DNA from: Patescibacteria group bacterium
GTDB lineage: Bacteria > Patescibacteriota > Minisyncoccia > Phycocordibacterales > UBA9973
Assembly: GCA_038063915.1 (NCBI GenBank)
Contig: JBBTUE010000005.1
Location: 10,547 to 74,546 of the forward strand
Reading direction: 5' to 3'
Length of the DNA stretch: 64,000 nt
Position 1 is the first letter of the stretch, and each line of letters begins with the position of its first letter. The notes beneath the pieces were generated by a model that ran no database searches, was not told the DNA's origin, and was given only the letters and a program-made list of their open reading frames with translations. Positions 10,299 through 19,219 of the stretch are shown piece after piece. The position numbers were made by a program, and so were the translations under genes.

Positions 10299-10424
10299 CT
10301 ATTTGTGTTTTCTTGAAGCACGCTTTTTTGCTATCATCTCGTATTTTACTGCAAGACGCTTCTTTGTCTTGCGAGAATGCTTAGATTTTTTCTGTGGATG
10401 TAGTGAGGTTGCTCGCTTTGCCAT
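10299..10424 (-). CDS. Small highly basic protein (41 aa), not in the ORF track
   Basis: MAKRATSLHPQKKSKHSRKTKKRLAVKYEMIAKKRASRKHK*; A-rich leader and TATACT box upstream. Confidence 0.55.
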   Translation of the reverse strand: MAKRATSLHPQKKSKHSRKTKKRLAVKYEMIAKKRASRKHK

Positions 10425-10547
10425 ATAATTTCTGTTTTCGTTATTAGTAATATGTGATATACAGTATACATTAAATTTTGAGATTAATCCAATAATAAAA
10501 AAAGCCAGCCTTGTAAAAAGACCAGCTTCATCATGATCACAATATCT

Positions 10548-10763
10548 TTATTTAAAAGGAAGCTCCTTCCTTCCAAGCAATTCGCCTTCAATGCGATGAA
10601 TTGCATCAAGTGCAGTATCGTGGCATCCACGATGCTTATTGCTTGCAAGCAACATTTTGTAAGCCCGCATTGCACACTTGAGTGCTTTGGTGGTAACTCC
10701 TGACAGATTGTCATAGAGGTAGCTTACTTTCTTTTTCGGGGTCCGCACGGGTTTTTTTGCCAT
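10548..10763 (-). CDS. Hypothetical basic protein (71 aa)
   Basis: ORF from ATG 10763, TTGACA/TACTAT promoter near 10870-10900, hairpin with T-tract downstream. Confidence 0.5.
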   Translation of the reverse strand: MAKKPVRTPKKKVSYLYDNLSGVTTKALKCAMRAYKMLLASNKHRGCHDTALDAIHRIEGELLGRKELPFK

Positions 10764-10964
10764 AAGTCTAGATTTGTTAGTTGATAGATTACTCCAGTCA
10801 CTTTTTGTAAGGGGACTAAAGTAATCTATCAATACAAACTAAGTAATCAAGGCAAACTTCAATTTCTTGTAGTATATAGTATTTTTACTAATTTGTCAAG
10901 CTGTCTCAGAACTTAGAGCTGTGTTCGAAGTGCCTTAATTGAGAGAATTTGATAAAATAATAGA

Positions 10965-11216
10965 ATGCTAAAAAAAGGAATCGTCACTGATATGGTACAT
11001 AAAACGCCAGAGGATTTACAAAAGAGCCTCACTTCTAGTAAAACAGCATTGGAAACATGGGAAAATATCACCCCACTCGCACGCAATGAGTGGATTTGCT
11101 GGGTTACGTCTGGTAAAAAGGCGGAGACTAGGGATATTCGCATAAAAAAGGCCATATCAAAACTCAATGGAGGAATACGCCGACCTTGCTGTTGGGCTGG
11201 GTGTCCCCATCGTTGA
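10965..11216 (+). CDS. YdeI/OmpD-associated family protein
   Basis: PEDL...W..ITPLARNEWICWVTS.KK.ETR..RI; C-terminal RRPCCWAGCPHR. Confidence 0.8.
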   Translation: MLKKGIVTDMVHKTPEDLQKSLTSSKTALETWENITPLARNEWICWVTSGKKAETRDIRIKKAISKLNGGIRRPCCWAGCPHR

Positions 11217-11258
11217 ATATATACTCACTTAACTTTGGAGTATGTTCAAGTAGCTATC

Positions 11259-11792
11259 TTAGAAAAATACACTGAAAACCATATAATTGAAGCTTAAATT
11301 TATTAAAAAATGAGAAATAGTAAGGAGGTAAATATTTCTAAACTTTAGGAAATGCCAACCCCAAAAATATCCTCCGACGAAAGTCAAACCAGCAAAAATA
11401 AGACCTGTGCTGGACCACGTATACGGAGCTACTAGATGGATCATTACAAAGATAATAACACTGGTCCACAATGCTTTTTGTTTGCCCCAGCGTTCAAGAG
11501 AACTTATTAGTAATCCTCTAAATAGTATTTCTTGAAGAAGACATATCGCGAGTAGTGGTAATAGTGGATCTTTATCTGTCATCCAATCTGGTAGAACTAT
11601 GAATTTAGTTGTTATAGTTATTTGTATTAAAGCAAAAATAATCGCGCTAAATAACAATATCTGCCACCAACCACTAAACAATGATTTAGGTCTTAGGCCT
11701 AGCTTTTCCCAACTAATTTTTTTAACACATATTGCCAAAATCAGTAGTACTATACTAGTTGCAAATATAAATATATTTTCTGCAGGGGTCAT
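11259..11792 (-). CDS. CPBP/Abi (CAAX protease-like) intramembrane metalloprotease
   Basis: QEILFRG, F...H and H...N motifs; multiple TM helices. Confidence 0.8.
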   Translation of the reverse strand: MTPAENIFIFATSIVLLILAICVKKISWEKLGLRPKSLFSGWWQILLFSAIIFALIQITITTKFIVLPDWMTDKDPLLPLLAICLLQEILFRGLLISSLERWGKQKALWTSVIIFVMIHLVAPYTWSSTGLIFAGLTFVGGYFWGWHFLKFRNIYLLTISHFLINLSFNYMVFSVFF

Positions 11793-11810
11793 ATTTAATA
11801 ACTTAATTTC

Positions 11811-12191
11811 TTAGGCTTCCACTATTGGTTTGAACCCTCCACATGCGAAACGCTTCATATCAACCGGCATAGTGGAGGGATCAAAATCTTTCATGCTCGG
11901 ATCATTCATTACTTTCTTGTTCACTTGATCTCTGTGAGCACGAGATTTATATACAATCCAGGAGAAAATAACAGTCTCATCAGCCTTAAGGCCTGCAAGC
12001 TTCATAAAGCCTTTCTGTGGCATTCCTTTTTTAACTTTCAAATCATTGCCTACGCATTCAAAATACTCTAAGGCGCCATTTTTCTTCCACATCCTAGCTC
12101 CCCATTCTGCCATCTTTTTGTAAGCTGCTAAATCCTTCTTCTTTATCGGTATTACAAATCCATCCACATATTTTTTACTATTTGTCTTCAT
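11811..12191 (-). CDS. DUF1428 (YbaA-like) protein
   Basis: YVDGFVIP, GALEYFEC, ETVIFSWIVYKSRAHRD, GGF. Confidence 0.88.
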   Translation of the reverse strand: MKTNSKKYVDGFVIPIKKKDLAAYKKMAEWGARMWKKNGALEYFECVGNDLKVKKGMPQKGFMKLAGLKADETVIFSWIVYKSRAHRDQVNKKVMNDPSMKDFDPSTMPVDMKRFACGGFKPIVEA

Positions 12192-12392
12192 ATTGTTTTA
12201 TTAAAAATTGATAATAAAATACTTGCTAATTTTAGCATAGGTTTTAACTTCTACTAAGGTAGGAAAAATAACCATTGAAATATATGGCTTAAAATTTTGC
12301 TCTGAACCTGGGAGGATGTTCGAATAGCCATAATAAGCTCCGGATTTTCATCACCTATATCTATTTGAAATTTTCGTCTATAATACTCAGGT

Positions 12393-13607
12393 ATGAAGTT
12401 ACCATATACTATAAAAAAAGGTCTTACACAAGAACATGCTGATAAATGGCAAAAGCAGTTCATAGATAACAATCGTGCGGTGTTTGAAAGTATTTGGAGA
12501 AGGACTCAAGATAAGAAAAATACTGACCTTTCTGGTTGGACATCTGATGACGATAAGCGAAGAAGAATGCTGCACTTCTATGATTTATATGATGTAGTAA
12601 CTGAAAAAGATAGATATGCATTTAAATTAGTTGCACCGTATTTGTGGCTTTCTCTGGCGTTTCCTGAAACCGAACTTAAGGTGTACGAATCTCAGATATA
12701 TACTGCACTAGAAAATGGTAGTTGGAAATTAAAAGATAAAAATAGAGATTTAACAGAAGTATATATTCGAGGTGATCTTATCTTTACTATTGCGAGACCT
12801 ATATCTTATCCTGCAGATGAAACAGCATCTCGAACATTTCCAGAGCATTATAAATTGCTTGACCTTACCCTTACTTCTACTGCAACGAAAATCCCTATAG
12901 AAAAAACAATGCACCCATGGAGTGTTTTCAATACAGGTATTAGGATAAAAGATATACCCGGAAGTCCTCAGATTGTTACTGATCTGACTGAATTAATTCA
13001 ATATCTTCCAATGCAGCTTGAGTTAGGTTGTGGGCCATCTGTTGAACTTGGTATACCACCTCTCCATTATCTTCATCAAGTATATTTTGTATCAGATCCC
13101 GTTACTCATAAATTTATTCTTTCTCCAGAACAAGATAGGTTACTAACTGATCTACTTTCAAATCCAGAAGATTTCTTTTTACGTTCTTCGATCCCTTATC
13201 TACGCTCAATCACTGCAATGCCGAATGAGTTTTTCTTATTACTACGAGAACTTAAAAATCGAGGACTTCTTGTTGGTGATGTTATAACAAATAATTTTGA
13301 TGGGTTACCTTCATTGGTAGGACTTACCGAGAAATATGTTAGACAATATGAGGAAGTTAAAATTATTCCGCATATTGATTTTCATCCACAGACTAAATCT
13401 CTTTTTGTTATTGGTACTCATGCTGACCGTAGACGTATTCAGCGTTCAGCGCGAGAGCACGGATTGAAGGTTATTTATATTGATCCAGAAGGGTACTATG
13501 AGAATGGAACTTTTAGGAGCTATCCACTTGAGTCACCACAAGATACAGATATTCTAGTGAAGATGACTGCTACAGAATTTGCAAAAAAATTCGGGAAGTC
13601 ATTATGA
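12393..13607 (+). CDS. Protein with a divergent C-terminal SIR2/DHS-like NAD-binding domain
   Basis: LGCGPSVELGIP (cf. GAG.S...GIP), ITNNFDGL (cf. TQNIDGL), LFVIGT, VIYIDP. Confidence 0.6.
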   Translation: MKLPYTIKKGLTQEHADKWQKQFIDNNRAVFESIWRRTQDKKNTDLSGWTSDDDKRRRMLHFYDLYDVVTEKDRYAFKLVAPYLWLSLAFPETELKVYESQIYTALENGSWKLKDKNRDLTEVYIRGDLIFTIARPISYPADETASRTFPEHYKLLDLTLTSTATKIPIEKTMHPWSVFNTGIRIKDIPGSPQIVTDLTELIQYLPMQLELGCGPSVELGIPPLHYLHQVYFVSDPVTHKFILSPEQDRLLTDLLSNPEDFFLRSSIPYLRSITAMPNEFFLLLRELKNRGLLVGDVITNNFDGLPSLVGLTEKYVRQYEEVKIIPHIDFHPQTKSLFVIGTHADRRRIQRSAREHGLKVIYIDPEGYYENGTFRSYPLESPQDTDILVKMTATEFAKKFGKSL

Positions 13608-13620
13608 ATTATACTGTCTA

Positions 13621-13782
13621 GCTCCCCGGGTAGGGAATCTCGGCTTACCGCCGCAGGTACTTTTCTGGTTGTAAACAATACAGAAAAGTCTTTCGATCCC
13701 TACACGCACGACAAGCAGTTGTCGTGCTCTCGTGGAAGCATATACTAAAAAACCTAGACACAAGTCTAAATTTTTTAGTATT
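13621..13782 (-). other. Structured element downstream of tRNA-Asn ending in a duplicate of the tRNA 3' end
   Basis: 13621-13636 is identical to 13783-13798; 13692-13703 is an inverted copy of the T-arm; several internal hairpins. Confidence 0.75.
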
Positions 13783-13783
13783 G

Positions 13784-13855
13784 CTCCCCGGGTAGGGATC
13801 GAACCTACGACCAATCGCTTAACAGGCGATTGCTCTACCGCTGAGCTACCGGGGA
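13784..13855 (-). tRNA. tRNA-Asn(GTT)
   Basis: TCCCCGG acceptor, AGCTCAGCGGTAGAGC D-arm, ATCGC-CTGTTAA-GCGAT anticodon arm, GGTTCGATCC T-arm; CCA not encoded. Confidence 0.95.
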
Positions 13856-13909
13856 ATGTTTAAAACTTAAATAACCCATACATGCTAGCAAAAAACTCCC
13901 AAAAAAGCA

Positions 13910-13943
13910 AAGAAAAAGCCCTATTATAATAGGGCTTTTTCTT
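13910..13943 (-). terminator. Palindromic terminator
   Basis: AAGAAAAAGCCCTATTATAATAGGGCTTTTTCTT, perfect 34-bp palindrome after the 13962-14426 gene. Confidence 0.7.
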
Positions 13944-13961
13944 GATAGAGATTATTAATTT

Positions 13962-14426
13962 CTAGAGACCAGACTCTGATTCTGAGTTACTTGAGTCACT
14001 CAAGCTTGATGGAGCCTTACATGCCTTTTGGGCGGTTCTAAATACACTCCATGCATTCTTACGAGCCGTTCTCCACTCAGTGCGAGCAGACTTCATAGAA
14101 GAATTGAAAGTCTTCCAAGCCGTCTTTACTGCAGACCTAACTGCATCCTTAGTTGTAAGAGTGTAAGCCTGGGCAAGGGCTGTAGCGCGAGCACTATAAG
14201 CTGCATTTGCAGCAGTCGTGTACTTTGTCGCAGCAGCGCCTATAGCTTGCTCACGAGCGTTTACTGCCGTACCTACACATGCAATTGTTGTAGGGGATAC
14301 TGTTACCACTGTTGGAGCTACTGTTGTAGTTGGAACTCCAGAGTTCTCTTCAGCTAATGCTGGGAGAGCCATAGAGGCCATGATAGCCATAGCAGCTACT
14401 GTCTTTGTGAAATTCATATTTAACAT
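13962..14426 (-). CDS. Secreted Ala/Thr-rich helical hypothetical protein
   Basis: Signal peptide ending PALA, two Cys, repeated A..W..F.. helical segments. Confidence 0.75.
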   Translation of the reverse strand: MLNMNFTKTVAAMAIMASMALPALAEENSGVPTTTVAPTVVTVSPTTIACVGTAVNAREQAIGAAATKYTTAANAAYSARATALAQAYTLTTKDAVRSAVKTAWKTFNSSMKSARTEWRTARKNAWSVFRTAQKACKAPSSLSDSSNSESESGL

Positions 14427-14580
14427 TTTTAAATTGTTGATAATTATTAATGTATAAAATCGACTTATACATTATACAATAACGTAAGATAAAGCATATC
14501 GTGACAATCTGTATAAAAGTGGTATATTTACAAACCTTTCGATATATGGTAATTTAATAAAAAACTTAAAACCTACTTCC

Positions 14581-15153
14581 ATGATTAATACTGAATACTT
14601 AAAAAACCTCATAAGCGAGACTATTAATGATGAGTTGGCTACTTTTGAAAAAAGAAAAGATGAGGCGGACTTCCTAACTTCATCCTTGAGGTTTAGCATC
14701 GCAATGTTTAGCATTGCACTTCATATATGCCTAAGGCCAGATCCATACCTGTTTGAGCGGCCTTCGGCTGTGATAATATCACTTATTTTAGGCTGGTTTA
14801 TATCAAGGAGGGTATTTGAAAAAAAGATGGAGCGGCTTACATTCTACTGGGATGACTTAAATAAATTAGTGGAACATGCAAGGCAATACTTCGATTTTCA
14901 GTCAGTCGAAAAGTGTGTTATTGATGGAATTGAGGAAGATGTCCATAAAACCATAAATAAAAAGTACTATAGGGGTTTTATCACAAGTAACGCATTCTAC
15001 TATATCGTGCATGTGTCCGCACTTGGTATTGGGCTCGTATTTTTTCTAACAATACCAGACACATTATTCTGGAGGAGAGGATTGTTCTCACTATTTCTGG
15101 CGTACTTTCTGTCAGAGACCGTACTCACTATTAAGAATATAAAAGTTCTTTAA
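14581..15153 (+). CDS. Hypothetical membrane protein (~4 TM)
   Basis: 190-aa ORF with hydrophobic segments and a downstream terminator. Confidence 0.6.
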   Translation: MINTEYLKNLISETINDELATFEKRKDEADFLTSSLRFSIAMFSIALHICLRPDPYLFERPSAVIISLILGWFISRRVFEKKMERLTFYWDDLNKLVEHARQYFDFQSVEKCVIDGIEEDVHKTINKKYYRGFITSNAFYYIVHVSALGIGLVFFLTIPDTLFWRRGLFSLFLAYFLSETVLTIKNIKVL

Positions 15154-15174
15154 GAAGAAGTGTAGTTAATATCG

Positions 15175-15207
15175 AAAAAGGGTTCCGTAATCACGGGACC
15201 CTTTTTT
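15175..15207. terminator. Bidirectional intrinsic terminator
   Basis: AAAAAGGGTTCCGT-AATC-ACGGGACCCTTTTTT. Confidence 0.75.
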
Positions 15208-15342
15208 CTATGATTTCTTTGACTGTTTAGGTTTGCGGACCTGCCTATTGCCGAAATTCTTGACACTGCTCTCCATACGGGAGGCTTGATATAGGCCGCC
15301 CCTTGCCCCTTTTTGCTGTATTTTTATTCCTTTTTTTGACAT
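15208..15342 (-). CDS. Putative small basic protein (44 aa), not in the ORF track
   Basis: MSKKGIKIQQKGARGGLYQASRMESSVKNFGNRQVRKPKQSKKS*; TATAAT just upstream; stop abuts the terminator. Confidence 0.45.
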   Translation of the reverse strand: MSKKGIKIQQKGARGGLYQASRMESSVKNFGNRQVRKPKQSKKS

Positions 15343-15400
15343 AAATGTATTATATCAGAAATTCTGGTATAATAGATATTATTAGCTTAGCTTTTTTGAT

Positions 15401-15784
15401 ATGAATATAAATATAAAAGCGACGAATATGGAACTGACTGATGCAATAAGTGATTATGTGAATAAGCGTCTAGCTTCAATTGAAAAATTTGCTCGTGGTG
15501 GAGAAGTCACTGGATTTGTAGAAGTAGGGAAGACTACCAATCACCATAAGCAAGGAGATGTTTATAAAGCCGAATTTGATATAAATTTAAATGGTGAGAA
15601 ATTTTTTGCCAAATCAGAACAGAGCGACCTTTACGCAGCGATTGACGACGCCAAAGAAGAAATTGCTCGTAGTGTGACTCACAATAAGGACCGCAAGCAG
15701 ACGCTGTTTAAAAGAGGAGCATCGAGTGTAAAGAAAATGCTCAAAGGTCTATCGGATCGGAATCCTTTTACTTCAAAATATTAA
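15401..15784 (+). CDS. raiA: Ribosome hibernation factor (HPF/RaiA)
   Basis: MNINIKATNMELTDAISDYVNKRL ... SDLYAAID. Confidence 0.9.
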   Translation: MNINIKATNMELTDAISDYVNKRLASIEKFARGGEVTGFVEVGKTTNHHKQGDVYKAEFDINLNGEKFFAKSEQSDLYAAIDDAKEEIARSVTHNKDRKQTLFKRGASSVKKMLKGLSDRNPFTSKY

Positions 15785-16601
15785 AATCAATCTCCTTTTT
15801 ACCTTCGGGAATAACTCTCTCTATTATGAATGAGTCATTTTCATACTTTGCTTTAGTGATTTTTATTCTCTTTCCATCTTTAAAAAAGAATACTCCTGGC
15901 CAGCCATAGAACGCACGGTATTTATTATAATTTACAGTAGCGTCAGTATTCAGATCAAGCTCTCCATCTTCTTTGCTCATCTTTGTGCAATATGAAGCTC
16001 TGGATTCATCTTGACCTTTTGGTTCAATATTTTTTTCTAGTATATCTGGCAACTTGTTCACTAGCAGATTCGCACCTATAATTGTGAGCTTCTCTAGTAG
16101 CTCGACTTTTGTCTCATCGTTATCAATCTTTACTTCTTCGAGTGCAAGTATTGGTCCGCTGTCGAGCTTGTACTTCATCTCTTGGATGCAAACACCAGTG
16201 AACTCATCTCCACGAAGGATGGCTTCTTCTACGGGCGATGCACCTCTGTATTTAGGAAGGAGGGAATAATGAATATTTATTGTACCTAACGCAGGTACTT
16301 CAATAATATCTTCAGGCAGTATTTTCCCATAAGCAATAACGATAGATAGGTCGACTCCCCATTTTTTAAATTCTTCTATAAATTCCGCTGTAATTTTCTC
16401 AGGTTTTAGGCATTCTATATTATGAGCCCTAGCCCAAATACTAACAGGAGTATCGGTCATATTCATTCCACGGCCAGATCTTCTATCTGGTGACGTGATT
16501 ATAACTTTTGGTATATATCCAGCATCGCATAGGATCTCGAGTGTATCACTCGCGACCTCCGGTGTACCAAAGAATGCGAAAGTTTTAGTTGTATTCTTCA
16601 T
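15768..16601 (-). CDS. fmt: Methionyl-tRNA formyltransferase
   Basis: FFGTPE, AYGKIL, NIHYSLLPKYRGASP, LDSGPI. Confidence 0.95.
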   Translation of the reverse strand: MKNTTKTFAFFGTPEVASDTLEILCDAGYIPKVIITSPDRRSGRGMNMTDTPVSIWARAHNIECLKPEKITAEFIEEFKKWGVDLSIVIAYGKILPEDIIEVPALGTINIHYSLLPKYRGASPVEEAILRGDEFTGVCIQEMKYKLDSGPILALEEVKIDNDETKVELLEKLTIIGANLLVNKLPDILEKNIEPKGQDESRASYCTKMSKEDGELDLNTDATVNYNKYRAFYGWPGVFFFKDGKRIKITKAKYENDSFIIERVIPEGKKEIDFNILK

Positions 16602-17133
16602 CTGATGTTGATTCGTGGATGTCGCGAGCTTTATCTATAAAAAGTATCCCATCTAGATGGTCAGTCTCATGTTGAAATATGTGGGCTAGGAGTCCAGAAC
16701 CAACCTTCTCGAATTTCTTGCCGTGCTCGTCGTAGGCTTCGACGCTTGCTTTTGTAGCTCGACGAACTTTACCATAGAGCGGTCGTACAGATAGGCAACC
16801 TTCAGCCATGAGTTTTCTATCTTTTGATATTTTCTTAAATACAGGATTAATGAATACTAAATCACGATGGCCAACCTTTATTTTTATAGATTTTGCATCT
16901 GGTTTCTTGCCTCTTACAAAGTCCTCCTCAAATATTCTTCCTGATACTAAAAATATCCGCAAGCTAATTCCGATCTGTGGTGCAGCTATAGCGACGCCGT
17001 CATCTTGAGAGTGTAGGGCATGGGTCATATCTTTTATAACTTTCTGTATTTTAGGTTTAGTTATATCTGATATAGCAACCTCGAGAGCCTTTTTGCGCAG
17101 GACCGGATTTCCGTTTTGAACAATTTCTATCAT
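16585..17133 (-). CDS. def: Peptide deformylase
   Basis: GVAIAAPQIG, EGCLSV, QHETDHLDG. Confidence 0.96.
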   Translation of the reverse strand: MIEIVQNGNPVLRKKALEVAISDITKPKIQKVIKDMTHALHSQDDGVAIAAPQIGISLRIFLVSGRIFEEDFVRGKKPDAKSIKIKVGHRDLVFINPVFKKISKDRKLMAEGCLSVRPLYGKVRRATKASVEAYDEHGKKFEKVGSGLLAHIFQHETDHLDGILFIDKARDIHESTSDEEYN

Positions 17134-17134
17134 G

Positions 17135-18433
17135 TTACTTTAGTTCTTTTATATACTCGAGCAATTTTGGTAGTTTTACTGTTTCTTGCGAGCGATTTGT
17201 CATATCACGAAATATAACCGAGTTCTCCATAGCTTCTTTTTGTCCAAATATTATAGCGTAATGCATACCCATCTTCTCAGCCACTGCAAGCTGAGCCCCG
17301 AGGTTGTCTTTTGATATTGATTGTGCGATAGGCACTTTGCCTTTGCGTAGTATCTCTATCACGTTTAGTGATTTGAGTTTTGCATCCCAGCCAAGCTGAA
17401 TAAAATAAATCTTTGGTTTCTTGATAATACGAGGAGAAAGTTTGGCAAACCAAGGCGCCTCGACGATTCTGTCGACACCGATAGATATTCCAACTGCTGG
17501 AATATCTTTTTTACTACCGAGTTGCTTGCCGAGGTAATCGTATCGCCCACCACCTGCGATAGTTATCTTTTTACCTGTCTCGGCATCTTCTATCATGATT
17601 TCAACAACTGTCCGAGTGTAATATGAAAGTCCACGAACTAGGCATTTATTGATCGAATAAGGAATCTCCATCTCCTCAAGATATTCTAATACTTCTTTGA
17701 AGTGTTTTTTACAGGCAGGGCATAGGTAAGAGAGTGTCTCTGGGGCATTTTGATTTAGCTCTATAGTCTTCTCGTCCTTTGAGTCTAGTATGCGAAGGGG
17801 GTTTGTCTTTAATCTCTCGCGGTCAATCGCAGGTAGGACGTTCATATGTTTTTTATAATAAGAGACTAGCTCACGAATATAACTTTGTCTGCATTCCTTA
17901 TCACCAATAGAATTTATATCTATAGATAAGTTGGTCGCTCCAGCTTCCATGAGTATTGACCAAGCAGTCTTTATGACGAGTGCATCGAGTATACTTTTCT
18001 CACTACCAATCGCGTCCATATCAAACTGCCAAAATTGACGGTAGCGACCCTTCTGAGGATTGTCATGTCTAAATATTGGACCGTAGTTGTAGAATAGTAA
18101 TGGCTGGGGGAGAGATGTCATTCCATGCTCAATATAGCTACGCATAAGTCCGGCAGTGTGCTCTGGACGGAGAGCCAAGTGATCACCACCTTTCGTCTTT
18201 AGTGTATACATTTCCTTGTCGACAATATCTGTGCCGACACCAATAGAAGAAGTAAACACTTCTTCGTGTTCTGTAATTGGAGTATCTATCGGTTTAAATC
18301 CGTAATAAACTGCTACTTCTTGAGCTTTCTCGAAAAATCCCTGAAAGTGATAGTATTGCTCATCGATAATATCGCGCATACCTTTTACAGAGGATAGTGG
18401 TTCTTTATTTCCTTTTTTCTTTTCACTAGACAT
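17135..18433 (-). CDS. hisS: Histidyl-tRNA synthetase
   Basis: KGMRD, LRPEHTA, FRHDNPQKGRYRQF, RGLSYY, GGGRYD. Confidence 0.96.
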   Translation of the reverse strand: MSSEKKKGNKEPLSSVKGMRDIIDEQYYHFQGFFEKAQEVAVYYGFKPIDTPITEHEEVFTSSIGVGTDIVDKEMYTLKTKGGDHLALRPEHTAGLMRSYIEHGMTSLPQPLLFYNYGPIFRHDNPQKGRYRQFWQFDMDAIGSEKSILDALVIKTAWSILMEAGATNLSIDINSIGDKECRQSYIRELVSYYKKHMNVLPAIDRERLKTNPLRILDSKDEKTIELNQNAPETLSYLCPACKKHFKEVLEYLEEMEIPYSINKCLVRGLSYYTRTVVEIMIEDAETGKKITIAGGGRYDYLGKQLGSKKDIPAVGISIGVDRIVEAPWFAKLSPRIIKKPKIYFIQLGWDAKLKSLNVIEILRKGKVPIAQSISKDNLGAQLAVAEKMGMHYAIIFGQKEAMENSVIFRDMTNRSQETVKLPKLLEYIKELK

Positions 18434-18434
18434 A

Positions 18435-19028
18435 TTATTTATATTTATTTATTGACCCTGGTAAATATTCTATTTTCTTCACTGGTATTAATCGCAAGTA
18501 TGCTCTACCCACCATCAGGTCACGGGGTAGTACTCCCCACATACGAGAATCGGAACTTCGATTTCTATTGTCTCCCATTACAAAGTATTCATCCTTACTG
18601 ATAGTATATGTATCAGTGGAGCTAAATTTCTCAGCTAGGTATGGCTCGCTTAGTATGAATCCTTCCGGACTCTGCTCGTTATATATTTTTACTACTCCGT
18701 CTTTTATTTCTACTTTTTCATTAGGCAGTCCGATTATACGCTTGATGAAGAATCTTGAAGGATCTTTGGGATAGTGAAAGACCACTACATCGCCACGGTG
18801 AGGCCCTTTTAATATGTACGATATCTCATCAACTATCAGATATTCTTTGTCGTGGAAAGTAGGGAACATAGAGTCACCAGAAACTACGAATGGCTGGGCG
18901 ATGAACATTCGAATTGGTATGACGATGACCAGTGCAATGATTGCAAATTTTATCAAATCCCAAGCATCTTTTGCATGTTTTTTTAATTTTGACTTTTCAA
19001 CTGGAATCACAGGTGTATTATTTTCCAT
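18435..19028 (-). CDS. lepB: Signal peptidase I
   Basis: SGDSMFPT, FIKRIIGLP, MGDNRNRSSDSR. Confidence 0.95.
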   Translation of the reverse strand: MENNTPVIPVEKSKLKKHAKDAWDLIKFAIIALVIVIPIRMFIAQPFVVSGDSMFPTFHDKEYLIVDEISYILKGPHRGDVVVFHYPKDPSRFFIKRIIGLPNEKVEIKDGVVKIYNEQSPEGFILSEPYLAEKFSSTDTYTISKDEYFVMGDNRNRSSDSRMWGVLPRDLMVGRAYLRLIPVKKIEYLPGSINKYK

Positions 19029-19107
19029 ATATGCAGTATATTAGCATACAACTACTATTGACAGAATGGAGTTTAGTGTGGTGTAAATACTTTTAAATTT
19101 TTGTCAG

Positions 19108-19191
19108 TAAATCTTTTCAAGAAAAAATGTCTGGCCCGCGCCGCGATCAAGCCGACGGGAGATCCGAGGACTTTTTTATTGATAAGATTTA
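19108..19191. repeat. Intergenic stem-loop element (AT-rich arms, GC-rich core)
   Basis: TAAATCTTTTCAAGAAAAAATGTC ... GACTTTTTTATTGATAAGATTTA imperfect inverted repeat. Confidence 0.65.
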
Positions 19192-19219
19192 TAAGAACCT
19201 AATATGATATAATCTCAAT

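Noticed and set aside
13621-13798. attL/attR pair of a prophage or genomic island
   Set aside because: Only ~150 bp between the repeats and no integrase nearby; reported as a mini-element instead.
15239-15253. ACCTGCCT half-site of the palindrome family
   Set aside because: No matching AGGCAGG arm; may be chance.
16860-16930. Extra loop in peptide deformylase as another DNA element insertion
   Set aside because: No inverted repeat or GC shift in the DNA; this loop is length-variable in Def proteins.
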